64,000 nt of DNA from Sphyrna mokarran (Eukaryota). The notes beneath the pieces are model-generated. The model did no database searches and was not told where the DNA came from. It saw only the letters and a list, made by a program, of their open reading frames with translations. The DNA lies in assembly GCA_024679065.1 (NCBI GenBank), contig JAGIQG010000026.1, positions 31,992,001-32,056,000 on the forward strand, given 5' to 3'. The translations under genes and the position numbers were made by a program. Below are positions 51,401 through 62,659 of this stretch, in pieces (within the stretch, counting starts at the first letter, position 1; every line of letters starts with the position of its first letter).

Positions 51401-54400
51401 GTGTTTTGTATGAAAATATTTTCATTGTCACCAATACTGAGACTCATTTTATATTCCAGAATTATTAATTTAGTTTTGGTTCAACCAGCTGCCAAGGTAG
51501 GATTTGAACCAATATCCCCAGACTATCAATCTGGATTTTGGATTGGTTGAGCTACCATCTCCCGCAAAACAAACCAGCATTTAACTTTACATACATGTCT
51601 GTAGGTTAAAGCTTCTTCCAAAATTCTCAATCCACATCTTGGTGACTAATCTGACTTTGTTAGATTCTAGCTCCTCCTTACAAATAGAAGCACTTTCTCA
51701 GTTTCTCCTCAATCAAACACTTCCATAATTTTAAATATCTCAATTATCCCTTAACCTGCTCTTTTCATGTGGAGAGAGACCCAATATGTTCGGTCTTTTC
51801 CACTAAGTGTAATTTCACAGTTTTGGTGTCAGTGTGAGTCTTATTTGCAGTCTCTCCAATGCCTATGCATCTTTTTCATATGATATCCATTTCTATACAT
51901 AATACTCTAATGCAATCAAGGTCCAATGCAACTTTAGTGTAATTTCTCTACTCTTCAATTCTATCCCTTTAGAAAATGAATCCGAGTATTTAAGCTTGGA
52001 TATTTTATTATTGACCTGCATTCCTTTGTGATGTGTCTTTGTACACCCAGATCCCTAACCACCTAGATTCTCATCTTCCAAGTAATATGACCCCCTTTAT
52101 TTTTCTTACTAGAATGCAATTCTTTCACTTATGTTGATATTCAATTACCAATTATACATTCATTGTGCAAATTTATTGTAATTTGTGCAGCCCTCTTTGG
52201 TGTTGATTATTCCTCTCACTAAGAGTCATTCACAAATTTAGAAATTCTGCTTTTAATTCAAAATCTAAATTGTAGCGACCCACTGCATTGATCTTTGCAA
52301 GTCACCATTTCCTGCCTTCTGTCACTCTGGTTAACTAATCTCTATCGAAGAGTGAGAGATGATCAGGCAGAGGTGTTTAAAAATATTAAAAACATTTAAT
52401 AGGGCAAATATGCAGAAACTATTTTCTCTTGTGCAGGTGGAGTGCCATAGAGAGAGAATCAGGAATAAGAGGACATAATTATAAAACTGGTCATTCGCGA
52501 GCATATCAGGGAGAACTGTTTCACACAAAGGATAGAAGAAACATGGACTTTTTTTTCTCCCTCTCTTTTCCCTACTCCAACTCCTACCAAAAACTAGTGG
52601 ATAAGTAGCAATTTGAATGCAGAGAGATAAGTATGCTACAAAAGGGAAAAGGTGGGAAAATAGAGTTGTGGTGCAGATCATCTATGATCTAACAATACAG
52701 CTAGTAAGGCTGAATAATCTGACTGTCTTGCAAATGTTTCAAAAAGCAAACGGAGAAAAGGCTTAGCTCATATTTAGTGAAATATGTGAAATAAATATTT
52801 TAAAAGATGGCTAGATAGTAAATATATTGGGTGGGAGGGGGAGAGAGGATTGAACATCTATCTAATAGATGAATCTAGTTGCATCTAATCCATCTAGTTA
52901 CATGCACTTGCATATCAAAACTTAATGCATGACATTGGTGCCTTGTTTGGGTGTTTCAGAATCCAAATCCATCATCAAGAGTGCTTACTTCCATGAAAAT
53001 ATTCTATTCCTTAATAATACTCTCTTAATCTCATAGTAGAAATCCATTCTAACTTCTCAAGTTCTGTTTTATAAGCAAAAAGCCTCTGCATATAATGGTA
53101 GATGTGTAGATGGCTAAATAGCAAATAAATGCGTTCCTTTACTTTATACTTCAGAGCTTAAACTTATAAAGATTGGGATTTTTATGCAGAAAAATTATAT
53201 CTTTGGGTCATTAATCAATCAGAGATTTGCCAATCTTTGTAAGAGAATTTAGTTATCCTGTCACAAAGACACTCATACAACACAATTCAAATATCCAAGT
53301 TGAAAATGCTGATTACCCTTTTCTTCCTTCCAGCTGCAAGGCCGCGCCGAGGCGTTCTGGAAATTACTTTCTTTTCTAGCGTGAATTCCTAGAGGGAAAA
53401 ACATGAAACAGATCAAAAATATTTATCACAGAATTCCTATAGTGCAGAAGGGGGCTTTTTGGCCCATTGAGTCTGCACCAACCACCAACCTACCCAGGCC
53501 CTATCCCCATAACCCCATGCATTTGCCCTTCGAACCCCCCTGACACTAGGGTCAATTTAGTAAGACCAATCAACCTAACTCACACATCTTTAGACTGATG
53601 GAGAAAACTGAAGCACCCTGAGGAAACACACACAGACACGAGGAGAATGTGCAAACTCCACAGAGACAGTGACCTGAGACTGGAATTGAACCTAGATCTC
53701 TAGCGATGAGAGGCAGCAGTGCCAACATTATATCACCATGCTGCCTTCCCTGGGGATCGTCTGTGGCTGCTGTGCATTCAGTGTGGGCAGATTCTCTCTC
53801 ACTAACTCAGAAGCACTAAGTATCATCGCAGTAGCAGTCAATTAATTCACCACAAACTGGGACACATTGAAGCCCTCTCTGGTCTGTAAACTTTAACTAT
53901 TCAGTGGACCATCGAGAGATTTAGACTGAAATGGTGAGGGAAGTGAGGGTGGGGTGGCGGAGGGCCAGAGTGAGAAGAATGTCAATGGATGTTCCTGAGA
54001 CTGTCAAGCCTGAGATCGATAGATTTCTATGTATTTAAAGCATCAAGGGATAGTGCTGGAAAAATGGTGAAGAAAATGATCACTATGATCGCATTGAATG
54101 ATGCTGTGGGCTCAAAGGACTGAATGGCGTCTTCCTGCTCCTCTTTCTGCTCTTACGTTCAAAGATTGCACACAACTATGAAAAGGTAACAGCCCATTTT
54201 TATTATTTTTCTCTTCCATGAATCAATATTTAATGTTTATACTTACTTGGTCACTATTTTTCTCAGATTCTGAAGAACTTGCTTCAGAATTCTCCTCCAG
54301 CGAGTTAGAGCCACTTTCCTCTTCTTCTTCATCACTTGATTTATGAGCTCGTTTTGGAGGCAGTTTCTGCAGATTTACAAAAGAGCAAACTTAATTTTTT

Positions 54401-57400
54401 TTCCCATTGATCAGCGTTTGATTGGTGCTGGTTGGGATTTACTGCTTTTAATAAAAAAGGCAACTTTGATTAATTTCAATTAGAGATAAAAACGCTACCA
54501 CGTGAATCAATCATATCACCTCTCATTTTTCTGAGCTCCAAGGAATACAAATCCAATCTGTTTAATCTTTCCTGATATGCCAATTTCTCCATATCCAGGA
54601 TCATCCTGGTAAACCCATCTGTACTGCCCCCAATGATCATAGAATCATAGAACCCTACAGTACAGAAAGAGGTCCTTCAATCTATCGCGTCTGCACCAAA
54701 CACAATCCTACCCAGGCCGTACCCCCATATCTCTACATATTATACCCACTAATCCCTCTAACCTACACATCCTTGGACACTAAGAGGAAATTTATTAGCA
54801 TGGTCAATCAACCTAACCCTCTCATCTTTGGACTATGGGAGGAAACCAGAGTACCCGGAGGAAACCCAAGCAGACACATGGAGAATGTGCAAATTCCACA
54901 CTGACAGTGACCCGAGCCAGGAATGGAACCCAGGACCGTGCTGTGAAGCAGCAGTGCTAACCATTGTGCTACCATGCCACCCAAATAATATGTCTTTCTT
55001 TTCATAAAGGAATCAAAACTGTATATTGTATTCTAAATATGGGCTGACTAGTATCTTACACAGTGGCAGCAACACCTATAATTTTGTACTCCAATTACCT
55101 TGAAATGAAAGCCAGAATTCTACTTTACCACCTGCACCCGTATGCTAGCTTTCTTGGTTTCAATGATCAAGGACACCAAGTTCCTTTGTGCTACAACTTT
55201 TTGCAGTCTCTTTCCATTTAAACAATAATCCAGCTTCTCATGCTTTCTTTCAAAATGAACAGTTTCACATTTTCCCACATGGAATTCCATTGGTAACTAT
55301 ATAAATAGTTACAAGGAAGGCATGGTGGCACAGTGGTTCACAGTGCTGCTTCACAGTGCCAAAGACCCAGGTTCAATTCCAGCTTTGGAAGACTGCGAGC
55401 AGTTTACACATTCTCCCCGTGTCTGCGCAGGTTTCCTCCCACAGTCAAAGGTGTGCAGGTTAGATGGATTGGCCATGCTAAACTGCCCCTATGATGTGTA
55501 GTCAGGGGGATTAGCGGGGTAAATACGTAGGGTTACGGGAAAAGAGCCTAGGTAAGATAGTCTGTCAGAAAGTCAAAATGGACTTGATGGGCTGAATGGC
55601 CTCCTTCTGAACTGTAGAGGTTTTATGATACTAAGATTGGAAGGCACTATTTATACTGGCTACAAATTTTACAAGTTCCAATAAATTCCCCAATCCTTCA
55701 AAACTTCTGCTTTGTTTGAATGTTTTTTTTACATTAAATGGTTCAAAAGAAAACTTGCCACAACACAGCAGTGTAATTCTAATATTTTAGACAAATACAG
55801 CCACAGTGGAACTCCAGGCAAGTTTGATTTCTGTTATCAATGCTCATTTTTGCTTCAATTTTGAGAGAATGTTTAAACCTTCTAAAATGTGATAAAGAGC
55901 TAAACTGGGCCAAACATATATATAATACAAAGATGAGTAATCAATGCACATTTGGAATTCCTATATTAGGATAGTACATCCTATTCGAGAGATCTGGAAA
56001 GCAGATAAAGTGCCTACAATCTATCTGCACAAGGAATGACAACTGCATCATCAATGTGATATATTGGGGATAGGAGACTGGTCATCCTAATTTGAAAAAG
56101 ACGATTAACACTGCTAAAATTGTAACTATATTTCAGAAATCCGCCAGGGATGAATCAGACCTTTATTGCTACCTAGTGAAAAACCAAGGTTATTGTATTG
56201 TGGCTTTGTTCAAATTAAACTCCCGATCCTTTGAATCTAATACCATTAATTTGATAGTTGATAAATTTTCTTTGACCAGAATTTTCCAGCTCTTCACACT
56301 GGCAGAATTCTCTTTGTTTCCCGCCAGCAGTGCATCCTTGCTGCAGGTTTTCCAGTGGCATGGGTGACTTAAATGGGAATTCTATGATCGGAAGAATGGT
56401 TTGCTGCTCTGAAACAAGAAAAACCCAGTGTGGTTACTGGGATAGTGGGAAGGATTGTTAGGATTGTTGTCATGCAGATACAATGGGTTGAATGGCTTCT
56501 TTCTATACTGCAGGGATTTTTTGGCCAAAGATGATCTGCCCAAAGATGATCTGCCCAATAGATGGCAGAAATTGGGAGATGTTGAGAGGATCTAATGGGT
56601 GGTTGAGGGGGAGGAAAGTTTTAAAAATAGGGCGCATGTTGTCAGTAGTTAGCACTACTGCCTTACAGCACCAGAGACTTGGTTCAATTCCGGCCTCAGC
56701 TAACTGTGTGTGTGGAGTTTACCCGTTCTTCCCTTGTCAGTGTGGGTTTCCTCTGGGTGCTCCAGTTTCCTCCCATATTCAAAGATGTGCAGGTTAGGTT
56801 GACTGACCATGCTAAATTATCCATTAGTGTCAGAAAGATTTAGCAGGATAAATACATGGGGTTACAGGGATAGGGTGGGATTGTTGTTGGTGCAGACTTG
56901 ATAGGCTGAATGGCTCTTTCTGAACTGTGGGATTCTATGATGATTCTCTGAGGCCAGATTTTGTTTACTTTGAACAGACTCCAGACCAAGAATGTTATGG
57001 ATAATCTGTTTTGGAGGTAAAGGTCTTGCTTACTCATGGGAGCATTGTGGGTTTTAATTGAACAGGATTTATTTTAATTTGTAAGCTTTTTCATAACGTT
57101 AAGTACAATGTTTTGACTCAAAACAATCATTAGTCATAAAAATATGTTGGTGAACTTGGCTGTTGAAGTGTTAATTAGATAACATATTAGCTGTCAAATT
57201 TTCATTTGTACTTGTATCAAAACATGAAGCCAGCCAGTCAATCAAAAAGACCCAGCACTGAGAAATGCCTTAGGCTTAGCAAGAATGGGCTTCATTCATT
57301 GTTGTTGATAGACTACTTACGCTTAATGAAAAAGGTGCTGGAAGCACTTTTGAGTGGAAAATTAAGATATCAACATTTTCAAATCCACCAATTACTGATT

Positions 57401-60400
57401 TCAACAGAATCACGATAAGGGTCAGTTGACCATTCCACCCTATCGTTAACTCCTGTCAGATGACTTTTAGATCATCAGAAAGCTGACTGGTAAAGAAGGG
57501 TGATTTGGGTGTGATCCAGAAATCAAATGCCTTTACAGCACTGCTTGTGGGCCAGGAGAAGCAAGACTGTTTCTTCCAGATATAAAAAACTGACCCCACA
57601 ACCTATCCTACCAAACTGTCTGACACAACTCAGGGATCTCTTCACCACTCCTCTTTCTCACTAAACCTACTTGAAGATTTTCCTACTTAACAGGGAGACT
57701 GCCAGCTTATCAATCAGGCTGGCTGTTGGATGGGATACTCAGCAAATACCACCTGGCTAGGTATATGTTTCCTAAACAGTTCAATGGAACACAAAATCAA
57801 TATCTTACAGGCCCACCATTAAACTTCACCAGAACCTGAGATTATACATGGGTTAAATACATTCATGTTTAGCATCATAAAATTGAGGTGGAACCCCAAT
57901 TAGTACTTCTATATCAATATCGTTCTATTCAATCCTTATTTAAATTTCAGTTGATTTCCATTGCTCCAAGGCAATAATTTGATTTATAATCTTAATTGTT
58001 AGCAAAAGCTGCATGGTAACTACTGAAATTTGTATACAACAAAAATGAGGACAGGAAAAGCAGCATCCATAAAGCCTGACATCATGACTCCATCTGCCAC
58101 ATTTCCAATCCATTCCCCTGACAATCTGCTTGTGGGGACCAACTTCTGCTCATTGTTAATGTAAATATGAATAATTTGAATTAAAGATATGTTATGGCAT
58201 CTAAAATATTTCTAAGTGTCCAAATTCACAATATTCAGTGGAGTTTATTTTGTTCCTATGCACCATGGTAATTCGTCAACTTTGATTATAGCATTGTTGT
58301 TGAGGCACTTGATTACTTAATACTCTTCAACCATTGCTTCATTACACCTTTACTGTATTAATACATAATGCCAGAGGTAGTAGTAGACACGGCTCCCAAT
58401 TTTGCCTTTTAAAGAGCACTTAGACAATTATATGGATGAGATGGGTATAGAGGGATATGGGCCACATGCAGTCAACTGGGACCAGCTTAGTGGTAAAAGC
58501 TGGGCAACAAGGGCAAGTTGAGCCAAAGAGCATGTTTCCATGCTGTGAACCTCTATGACTCTAGAACTGAAATTGCACACTACCTAATGACAGCAGTATT
58601 AATGTTGAACAGAGCCATTAGTCAACATTAACCATGCAATTTTACTAAGGTAATTAATAAAGAACTCAATGGTATCTATTTGTAGCAGTACAAATAATAA
58701 TAAAAGCATTTGAACATCCCTCGATTAATGCTGGAGGACACATTTCATGATAATATGTTGTTAAATGTGCTGTTATCAGTAACAGTACTCTGCAGTTGCA
58801 AAGCAAGATAAAAGAGAAACAAATAAAGAGAAAGAGGGAAGGAAAAAGAGACAGAGAGAAATAGGGAAAGAAAAAAGAGCAAGAGGGGTGGGGGGAGGGT
58901 TGGTGGTGGTGGTGGACGGTGGACAGAGAGAGAGAAAGCGCATGCGTGCGATTGAGCGATATCTTCCACGTATGTAAGTCATTTCACATCATTTGAATGT
59001 CCGAAATGAATCAACATTAAAATATTCTAAAATAGTCACTATTTATGCAGGCATAAGTGGTAATCAATTTGTACATAAAAGTCTTGCAAATTTCTATGTT
59101 GATTAATTATTTACTTTATTGTTTTTAAAGAAGTGGTGTTGGCTGAGGTATAGATGTTGGCTGTGTTGAATTCTTTGCTCTTCTTTGAGAAGGATGTGAA
59201 ATATTTCAAACAGACCTGAACCAGTAGGTCTTGGTTTAACCCCTCATCCAAAAGACAAGCCAACATTCTAGCGAGTGATTCTCCCATCCCACTGCACTGA
59301 TTTTTTTAGGGCCAGATTTCAGCAGGGCTGGATTGGCGTAATCTGTGCTGGGCATTTGGCACTAATATAGAAGATAGAATATTACAGCATAGTACATACC
59401 CTTCGGCCCTCAATGTTGTACCGAGCTATATCCAATCTGAAGAACAAACTATCCAACTCCCTATAATTCTGGTGTGCTCCATGTGCCTATCCAATAACCG
59501 CTTGAAAGTTCCTAAAGTGTCCAACTCCACTATTAAAGCAGGCAATCTATCCCACACCCCAACCACTCTCTGAGTGAATAATCTACCTTGGATATCCCTC
59601 CTACATCTCCCAGCATGAATCTTATAGTTGTGCCTCCTAGTAACTGCTACATCCACTCGAGGAAATAATATCAAGCCCGCACTAGAAATAGTAAAGATTT
59701 TAATGTTTCTTAAATACAATTAGCAGGACCGGGACTGAAATCTCCAGACCCACAACCTCCACCATAACCTTCAAATACTCCAGGAGTATTTTATTCCCAG
59801 GGATGTCCGATGGAGGGAGCGGGAGACAGTGATTGAGCTGGCCAGCAATCAGGAGGCCGGCACACAGGGGCTTCTGAGCATGTGCCAGTCTTGGCACTGA
59901 CAGATCGACATAAGCGCAGTGGCTATGCTGCCAGCCTCCTGGTGGGAATAGAATAGACCCTGCCCACAGCTTTTCAAGCTAGTGCACTCTGTAATGCATA
60001 ATGTGGGAAATTCATTTTCAAACGGTTACTGAAAACAAACAGTTCCAATACTCCAGTTTTCATGCAAATTCAACACTGTGGGAGAATCCTAGCATCTCTT
60101 TGGATTGGATGGGAATGTCACCCTAGTGTATGTGTTGATGTTGATCATCTAACTCAGGCAAGCGTGTTACCAGTGAGACAAGCTGACACAATGTTAGAGC
60201 AAATAGTCAAAATGCCTCAGCATCTTCCAGAGAGAAGAGGCTAATGCAAGGAATCACAGCAGGAAAACAAGCATTATTCTCAAAAAGGCTAGATGTCTAT
60301 AACAACCAACAGCCTCACTTGTAAGGATGTACCTTTGCAAGAAGCGGCTTCCTCTTGATTCCACTCTCTTCAATGCTATCCTTCTCGGATTCCACATCAC

Positions 60401-60479
60401 TTGCTTCTTTCTCTACCTCCACCCCACTTCCCGGGACTACTTCATTGTCTGGAACTTCACTGTCTGAGGAACTTGATGG
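24348..60479 (-). CDS. HDGFL2: Hepatoma-derived growth factor-related protein 2 (HRP-2), 5'-partial: 13 coding exons, 574 aa
   Basis: Phase-consistent exons 60479-60333, 54366-54247, 53388-53317, 48872-48692, 48303-48225, 47838-47532, 45951-45836, 45152-45082, 43874-43804, 41316-41215, 29519-29315, 27840-27684, 24444-24348 (1725 nt). Motifs [70 protein letters not shown]...[27 protein letters not shown] match recalled HDGFL2 rather than PSIP1. PWWP exons not found in window. Confidence 0.93.
24830..25190 (+). mobile_element. CR1 LINE 3' fragment
   Basis: ggggtcat...gaggagaaacttc...gtggaattc...ggatcaaggg...gatcagccatg...cctactcttgc tail. Confidence 0.75.
26410..26705 (+). mobile_element. DeuSINE/SacSINE1-like SINE
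   Basis: ctagattattaatccaga...catctggttcactaacgtcctttagggaaggaaacctgcc...gtgactccaaagccacagcaatgtggttgactct...ggcaataaatgct. Confidence 0.75.
27684..27840 (-). CDS. HDGFL2: HDGFL2 exon ([14 protein letters not shown]...)
   Basis: ctgcag acceptor, AG|gtgagt donor; conserved VNGE..SQK motif. Confidence 0.88.
28070..28900 (+). mobile_element. Degenerate CR1 LINE 3' fragment
   Basis: ORF 28099-28512 ([40 protein letters not shown]) plus tail tttctatgtttctat. Confidence 0.88.
29315..29519 (-). CDS. HDGFL2: HDGFL2 exon (IBD end: [25 protein letters not shown])
   Basis: ttttctag acceptor; G|gtgagc donor. Confidence 0.92.
29781..30980 (+). mobile_element. Probable degenerate solo LTR (boundaries uncertain)
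   Basis: LTR-like composition with AATAAA at about 30824 followed by a short U5-like segment; termini not cleanly resolved. Confidence 0.35.
32420..33660 (+). mobile_element. Tigger/pogo (Tc1-mariner superfamily) transposase relic
   Basis: [16 protein letters not shown] (CENP-B-type HTH), [48 protein letters not shown]...FKAYY (DDE); many stops. Confidence 0.88.
34040..35790 (+). mobile_element. Rex1/Babar-like LINE 3' fragment, split by a CR1-derived insertion (about 34402-35515)
   Basis: [17 protein letters not shown]...[11 protein letters not shown]...IIKDPTHP; resumes at gggaaaagatacaaaagtctg; tail aataaataaatcaaaatcaaatcaaa. Confidence 0.8.
34402..35505 (-). mobile_element. Young CR1 LINE 3' portion with extended 3' UTR containing a SINE-like central domain
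   Basis: ORF 35483-34995 ([35 protein letters not shown]); then spacer, SINE-like body (34700-34570), CR1 tail gttgggccgaagggcctgtttcccgtgctgtg and A-rich end. Confidence 0.85.
39348..40230 (+). mobile_element. Solo LTR (883 bp)
   Basis: Starts TGTTG, ends CAATA (one change from CAACA); flanked by TTTGG / TCTGG (5-bp TSD with one mismatch); AATAAA at 40165-40170. Confidence 0.7.
40655..40993 (-). mobile_element. tRNA-derived SINE (HE1-like)
   Basis: Full-length reverse copy: catagaatc...ggactgtgggaggaaac...gacccaagccgggatttgaacccaggtccctgg...accactgtgctacc. Confidence 0.85.
41215..41316 (-). CDS. HDGFL2: HDGFL2 exon (IBD core)
   Basis: [34 protein letters not shown]; ttttgtag acceptor, gtatgt donor. 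Confidence 0.95.
43804..43874 (-). CDS. HDGFL2: HDGFL2 exon (IBD start)
   Basis: [24 protein letters not shown]; tttaacag acceptor, gtgagt donor. Confidence 0.95.
44100..44404 (-). mobile_element. tRNA-derived SINE (HE1-like)
   Basis: Same head, body and tail motifs as the 40655 copy. Confidence 0.8.
45082..45152 (-). CDS. HDGFL2: HDGFL2 exon (Lys/Glu-rich)
   Basis: [23 protein letters not shown]; ttttctgcag acceptor, gtatgt donor. Confidence 0.88.
45836..45951 (-). CDS. HDGFL2: HDGFL2 exon ending in a GC donor
   Basis: [12 protein letters not shown]...KLEERHKE; tttacag acceptor; AAG|GCAAGT donor gives the required phase 2. Confidence 0.8.
47532..47838 (-). CDS. HDGFL2: HDGFL2 exon (charged helical / coiled-coil region)
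   Basis: [44 protein letters not shown]...[10 protein letters not shown]; gtgact donor. Confidence 0.93.
48225..48303 (-). CDS. HDGFL2: HDGFL2 exon (AT-hook-like KPRGRKPK)
   Basis: tttatttag acceptor; AG|gttagt donor. Confidence 0.9.
48692..48872 (-). CDS. HDGFL2: HDGFL2 exon (acidic tract plus KKPTRGRKP)
   Basis: ttttctag acceptor; G|gtattg donor; open frame. Confidence 0.88.
49315..49720 (+). mobile_element. DeuSINE/SacSINE1-like SINE
   Basis: gtagtgataatgtcactggactag...gagttcaaattcc...catctagttcact...gactccaggctcacagcaatgtgattgactcttaactgccct...cacatcccatg. Confidence 0.8.
49857..49900 (-). ncRNA. Minimal type I hammerhead ribozyme motif (mirror copy, sense to HDGFL2 pre-mRNA)
   Basis: Exact reverse complement of 49959-50002. 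Confidence 0.7.
49959..50002 (+). ncRNA. Minimal type I hammerhead ribozyme motif
   Basis: Stem I ATTTGC/GCGGAT, core CTGACGA(A), stem II GGCAC-aacata-GTGTC, GAAA, palindromic mini stem III AGCT, predicted cleavage after UC at 49996. Confidence 0.7.
50517..51130 (+). mobile_element. HE1-like SINE with a nested headless SINE-like/CR1-3'UTR insert (about 50532-50826)
   Basis: Host head gtggcacaatcgttag resumes at ...ccagggacctggattcgattc; insert ends gttgggccgaagggcctgtttcccatgctgtgctgttctttgttct. Confidence 0.75.
53317..53388 (-). CDS. HDGFL2: HDGFL2 exon ([24 protein letters not shown])
   Basis: ttttccctctag acceptor, gtaatc donor; resembles recalled human DFTPEKK...PRRG...GRKKK. Confidence 0.92.
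53428..53746 (-). mobile_element. tRNA-derived SINE (HE1-like)
   Basis: Reverse SINE motifs ...gaatgtgcaaactccac...gaggcagcagtgcc...accatgctgcc. Confidence 0.8.
54247..54366 (-). CDS. HDGFL2: HDGFL2 exon ([11 protein letters not shown]...SESEKNSDQ)
   Basis: ctgcag acceptor, gtaagt donor, phase 0-0. Confidence 0.92.
54636..54982 (-). mobile_element. tRNA-derived SINE (HE1-like)
   Basis: atcatagaatcatagaaccctacag...ggaggaaaccagag...gcagcagtgctaaccattgtgctaccatgccaccc. Confidence 0.85.
55318..55630 (+). mobile_element. tRNA-derived SINE (HE1-like)
   Basis: ggcatggtggcacagtggtt...caggttcaattcc...tttcctcccacagtc...tgggctgaatggcctcc. Confidence 0.8.
56525..56558. repeat. 15-bp tandem duplication (CCAAAGATGATCTGC x2)
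   Basis: Direct inspection. Confidence 0.85.
56629..56945 (+). mobile_element. tRNA-derived SINE (HE1-like)
   Basis: gttagcactactgcc...ggttcaattccgg...gtgctccagtttcctccc...gggattctatgatgattct. Confidence 0.8.
58800..58940. repeat. Purine-rich low-complexity / (GGT)n / (GA)n microsatellite
   Basis: Direct inspection. Confidence 0.7.
59368..59680 (-). mobile_element. CR1 LINE 3' fragment
   Basis: Minus ORF LFPRV....TRRH.YK...[15 protein letters not shown]...FKRLLDRHM plus tail. Confidence 0.85.
60333..60479 (-). CDS. HDGFL2: HDGFL2 exon following the PWWP domain ([11 protein letters not shown]...[10 protein letters not shown])
   Basis: tttttcctttag acceptor, gtacat donor, phase 0-0. Confidence 0.9.
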
Positions 60480-62659
60480 CTAAAGGAAAAAATTAGAAAT
60501 GGGGTCAGTTACCAAATCTTTGCAAAGCAGAAAATAAAAGCTCCATAGTCACATCTTATTTATTGTCTTCTTTATCAAGGAAAATGCGCACCTAGCCAAT
60601 AATCCTGGAAAAGCGGTATAAATGAACAGGTTACGTTTACATAACATGTTTAACATTGTAAAACATTCCCAAGGTGCATCACAGGAGCATAACCAAATTT
60701 AAAAAAATGAATGAACTGAAAAAGAAGTTATTAAGGATGGATGACTATAAACTTAATCAGAGGTAGATTTTAAAAAATGTCTTAAAAAGGAGATGCGGAG
60801 AGCTTAGTGAAGAACTGCTGAGTAGCAGTTAAGGGAGATAAGATGTTGGTGCTACATTTCAGGTTTCACCAGATACTTTATCTTGCCCACAACCTGAAAT
60901 TTAGTTTGCACACACAAGCCCTTGGCCCTCCTGTGAAGCAAAGCAAGATCTCATGTGCCTGCAATACTTTTCGATAAAATGCCTTTGACAAACAAAGGCT
61001 CATTATCTCTGGATTACACAAAGACTTTCTGAATGATACCTGCGTCACTTGACCGATATCAGTCACATCAGACACTTTAAAGTGAAATATTCACAGATGA
61101 GTCATTTGTAGAAGCTGCATTAACAGCCAGTTACGGTACAAATACCAGCCTGTAAAGTGGTAGAAAAATTACAGTATCCTTCTAAATAATAAAACATTGC
61201 TAAATTCTTGTAGGACAGTTCTGTGTAATTAAGTATAACTTGATTATTCCACTGTCACTGACTTCAATTGCTTACTGAAACTAGTTCTTCTGAAGGCTTT
61301 AATTAGCTAAAACTTGACTGATCTCTGCTGCTTTACAAAGTGGCCCAGCAGGTCCATCAGTGAGAGTTCCTCCAGAGCCCTTGGAAGCAGGCTGCAACTT
61401 CTCATTTTTGACACAAGTGATACTGGAAGTTAGTCTTGTTATGATGCCATTGCGACCTTCAGTGGCATTCGTTGCTACTAGGAATCATAAAATCCACTTA
61501 AGTGTCTACTTTAATTCTCTTTACCCTATGTTTTTATACTTTTCCTTTTGAAATACTTATTTGATCCTCTTTTTTGATCCTCTTGATAGCCATTTGTGGA
61601 ATGGACAGAGGGGCCAGAATTTTGCCAGTGTGTCTGCCCCAATTCCAGGGGTGGGTGAGGCTTGAAAAATGGCATTCTCCATCAGCATTAGGTGGGATCA
61701 TACAAACCTCAGGCGGATATGCCAGTAAAATTCCATCTAGGGAATCAGGAGCAAGTGTATCTTCAAATGAAGTGGGATTAGAGTCTGAGGAATAACTGGG
61801 TCAGGATTTTTAGATGTAATAACTTTTGAAAGTTATGCATTCTGCCCTTTTCTGGCAAGGACTGATAAAGGACACTGAGCATGGATTCGTGGCTCGAAAA
61901 ATCATGTTTCACAGACAGTAACCCGAGGCCAGAATTGAATCCGATACTGTGAGGCAGCAGTGCTAACCACTGCACCACCATGCCACTATGCTAACCACTG
62001 TGCTACCATGCCACCCACAATCCTCATTATACTTAGCAGAGTCCTCAAAGTTTGATTCTCAAGGCACTGATGCATACTTACCTCAGACCATACAATTCCA
62101 TGTCCAACTTGGGTGATGCTTCCATATGACTACCCATTCTGTAGAATTGGGCTTACTCACCCAACTGTTGCTCTTCCCCTTTCACTGACCCATGTTCTAA
62201 CTCAGGACCCTCAGACAATGAGCTAACAGTGACAAGTCGCTTTTCTCCTTGTCACTAACGACTAAACTTCAGCGACGCTAACCAAACTGGTCTTTATTCT
62301 ATACTGCAGGTTTAAGGTCCAATTTAAAGAATATTCATTAATAAAAGCCTTGAAAGCCCTGCTAGAGTTCTTCAACCATGCTATTCAATCACTCAGTTGT
62401 CTCCTAATATGAATAAGGTACACTATCAAGCACTTGCTATTTTTTGTCACATTATTTTACAAATTGTTTTCCTACAAATTGCATATTCTGTTCCTGTATA
62501 CAAACTGTACAATCAGCACAGTGGGGGAAATTACATGAGAATACCTACAGCGTATCTGTACCATGGTTTTAATAATGCAGCAGTACATCATAACCTAGAA
62601 AAAAAGCAGGTTCTAAAGATTCTGATATGAAAATAATATGACGGCCTACAAAATACAAT

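Noticed and set aside
24348-60479. PSIP1/LEDGF identity for the minus-strand gene
   Set aside because: [10 protein letters not shown] charged region, ALKVDSPDV, IRRYKAS and VNGE..SQK motifs, and the tail-to-tail perilipin neighbour, fit HDGFL2
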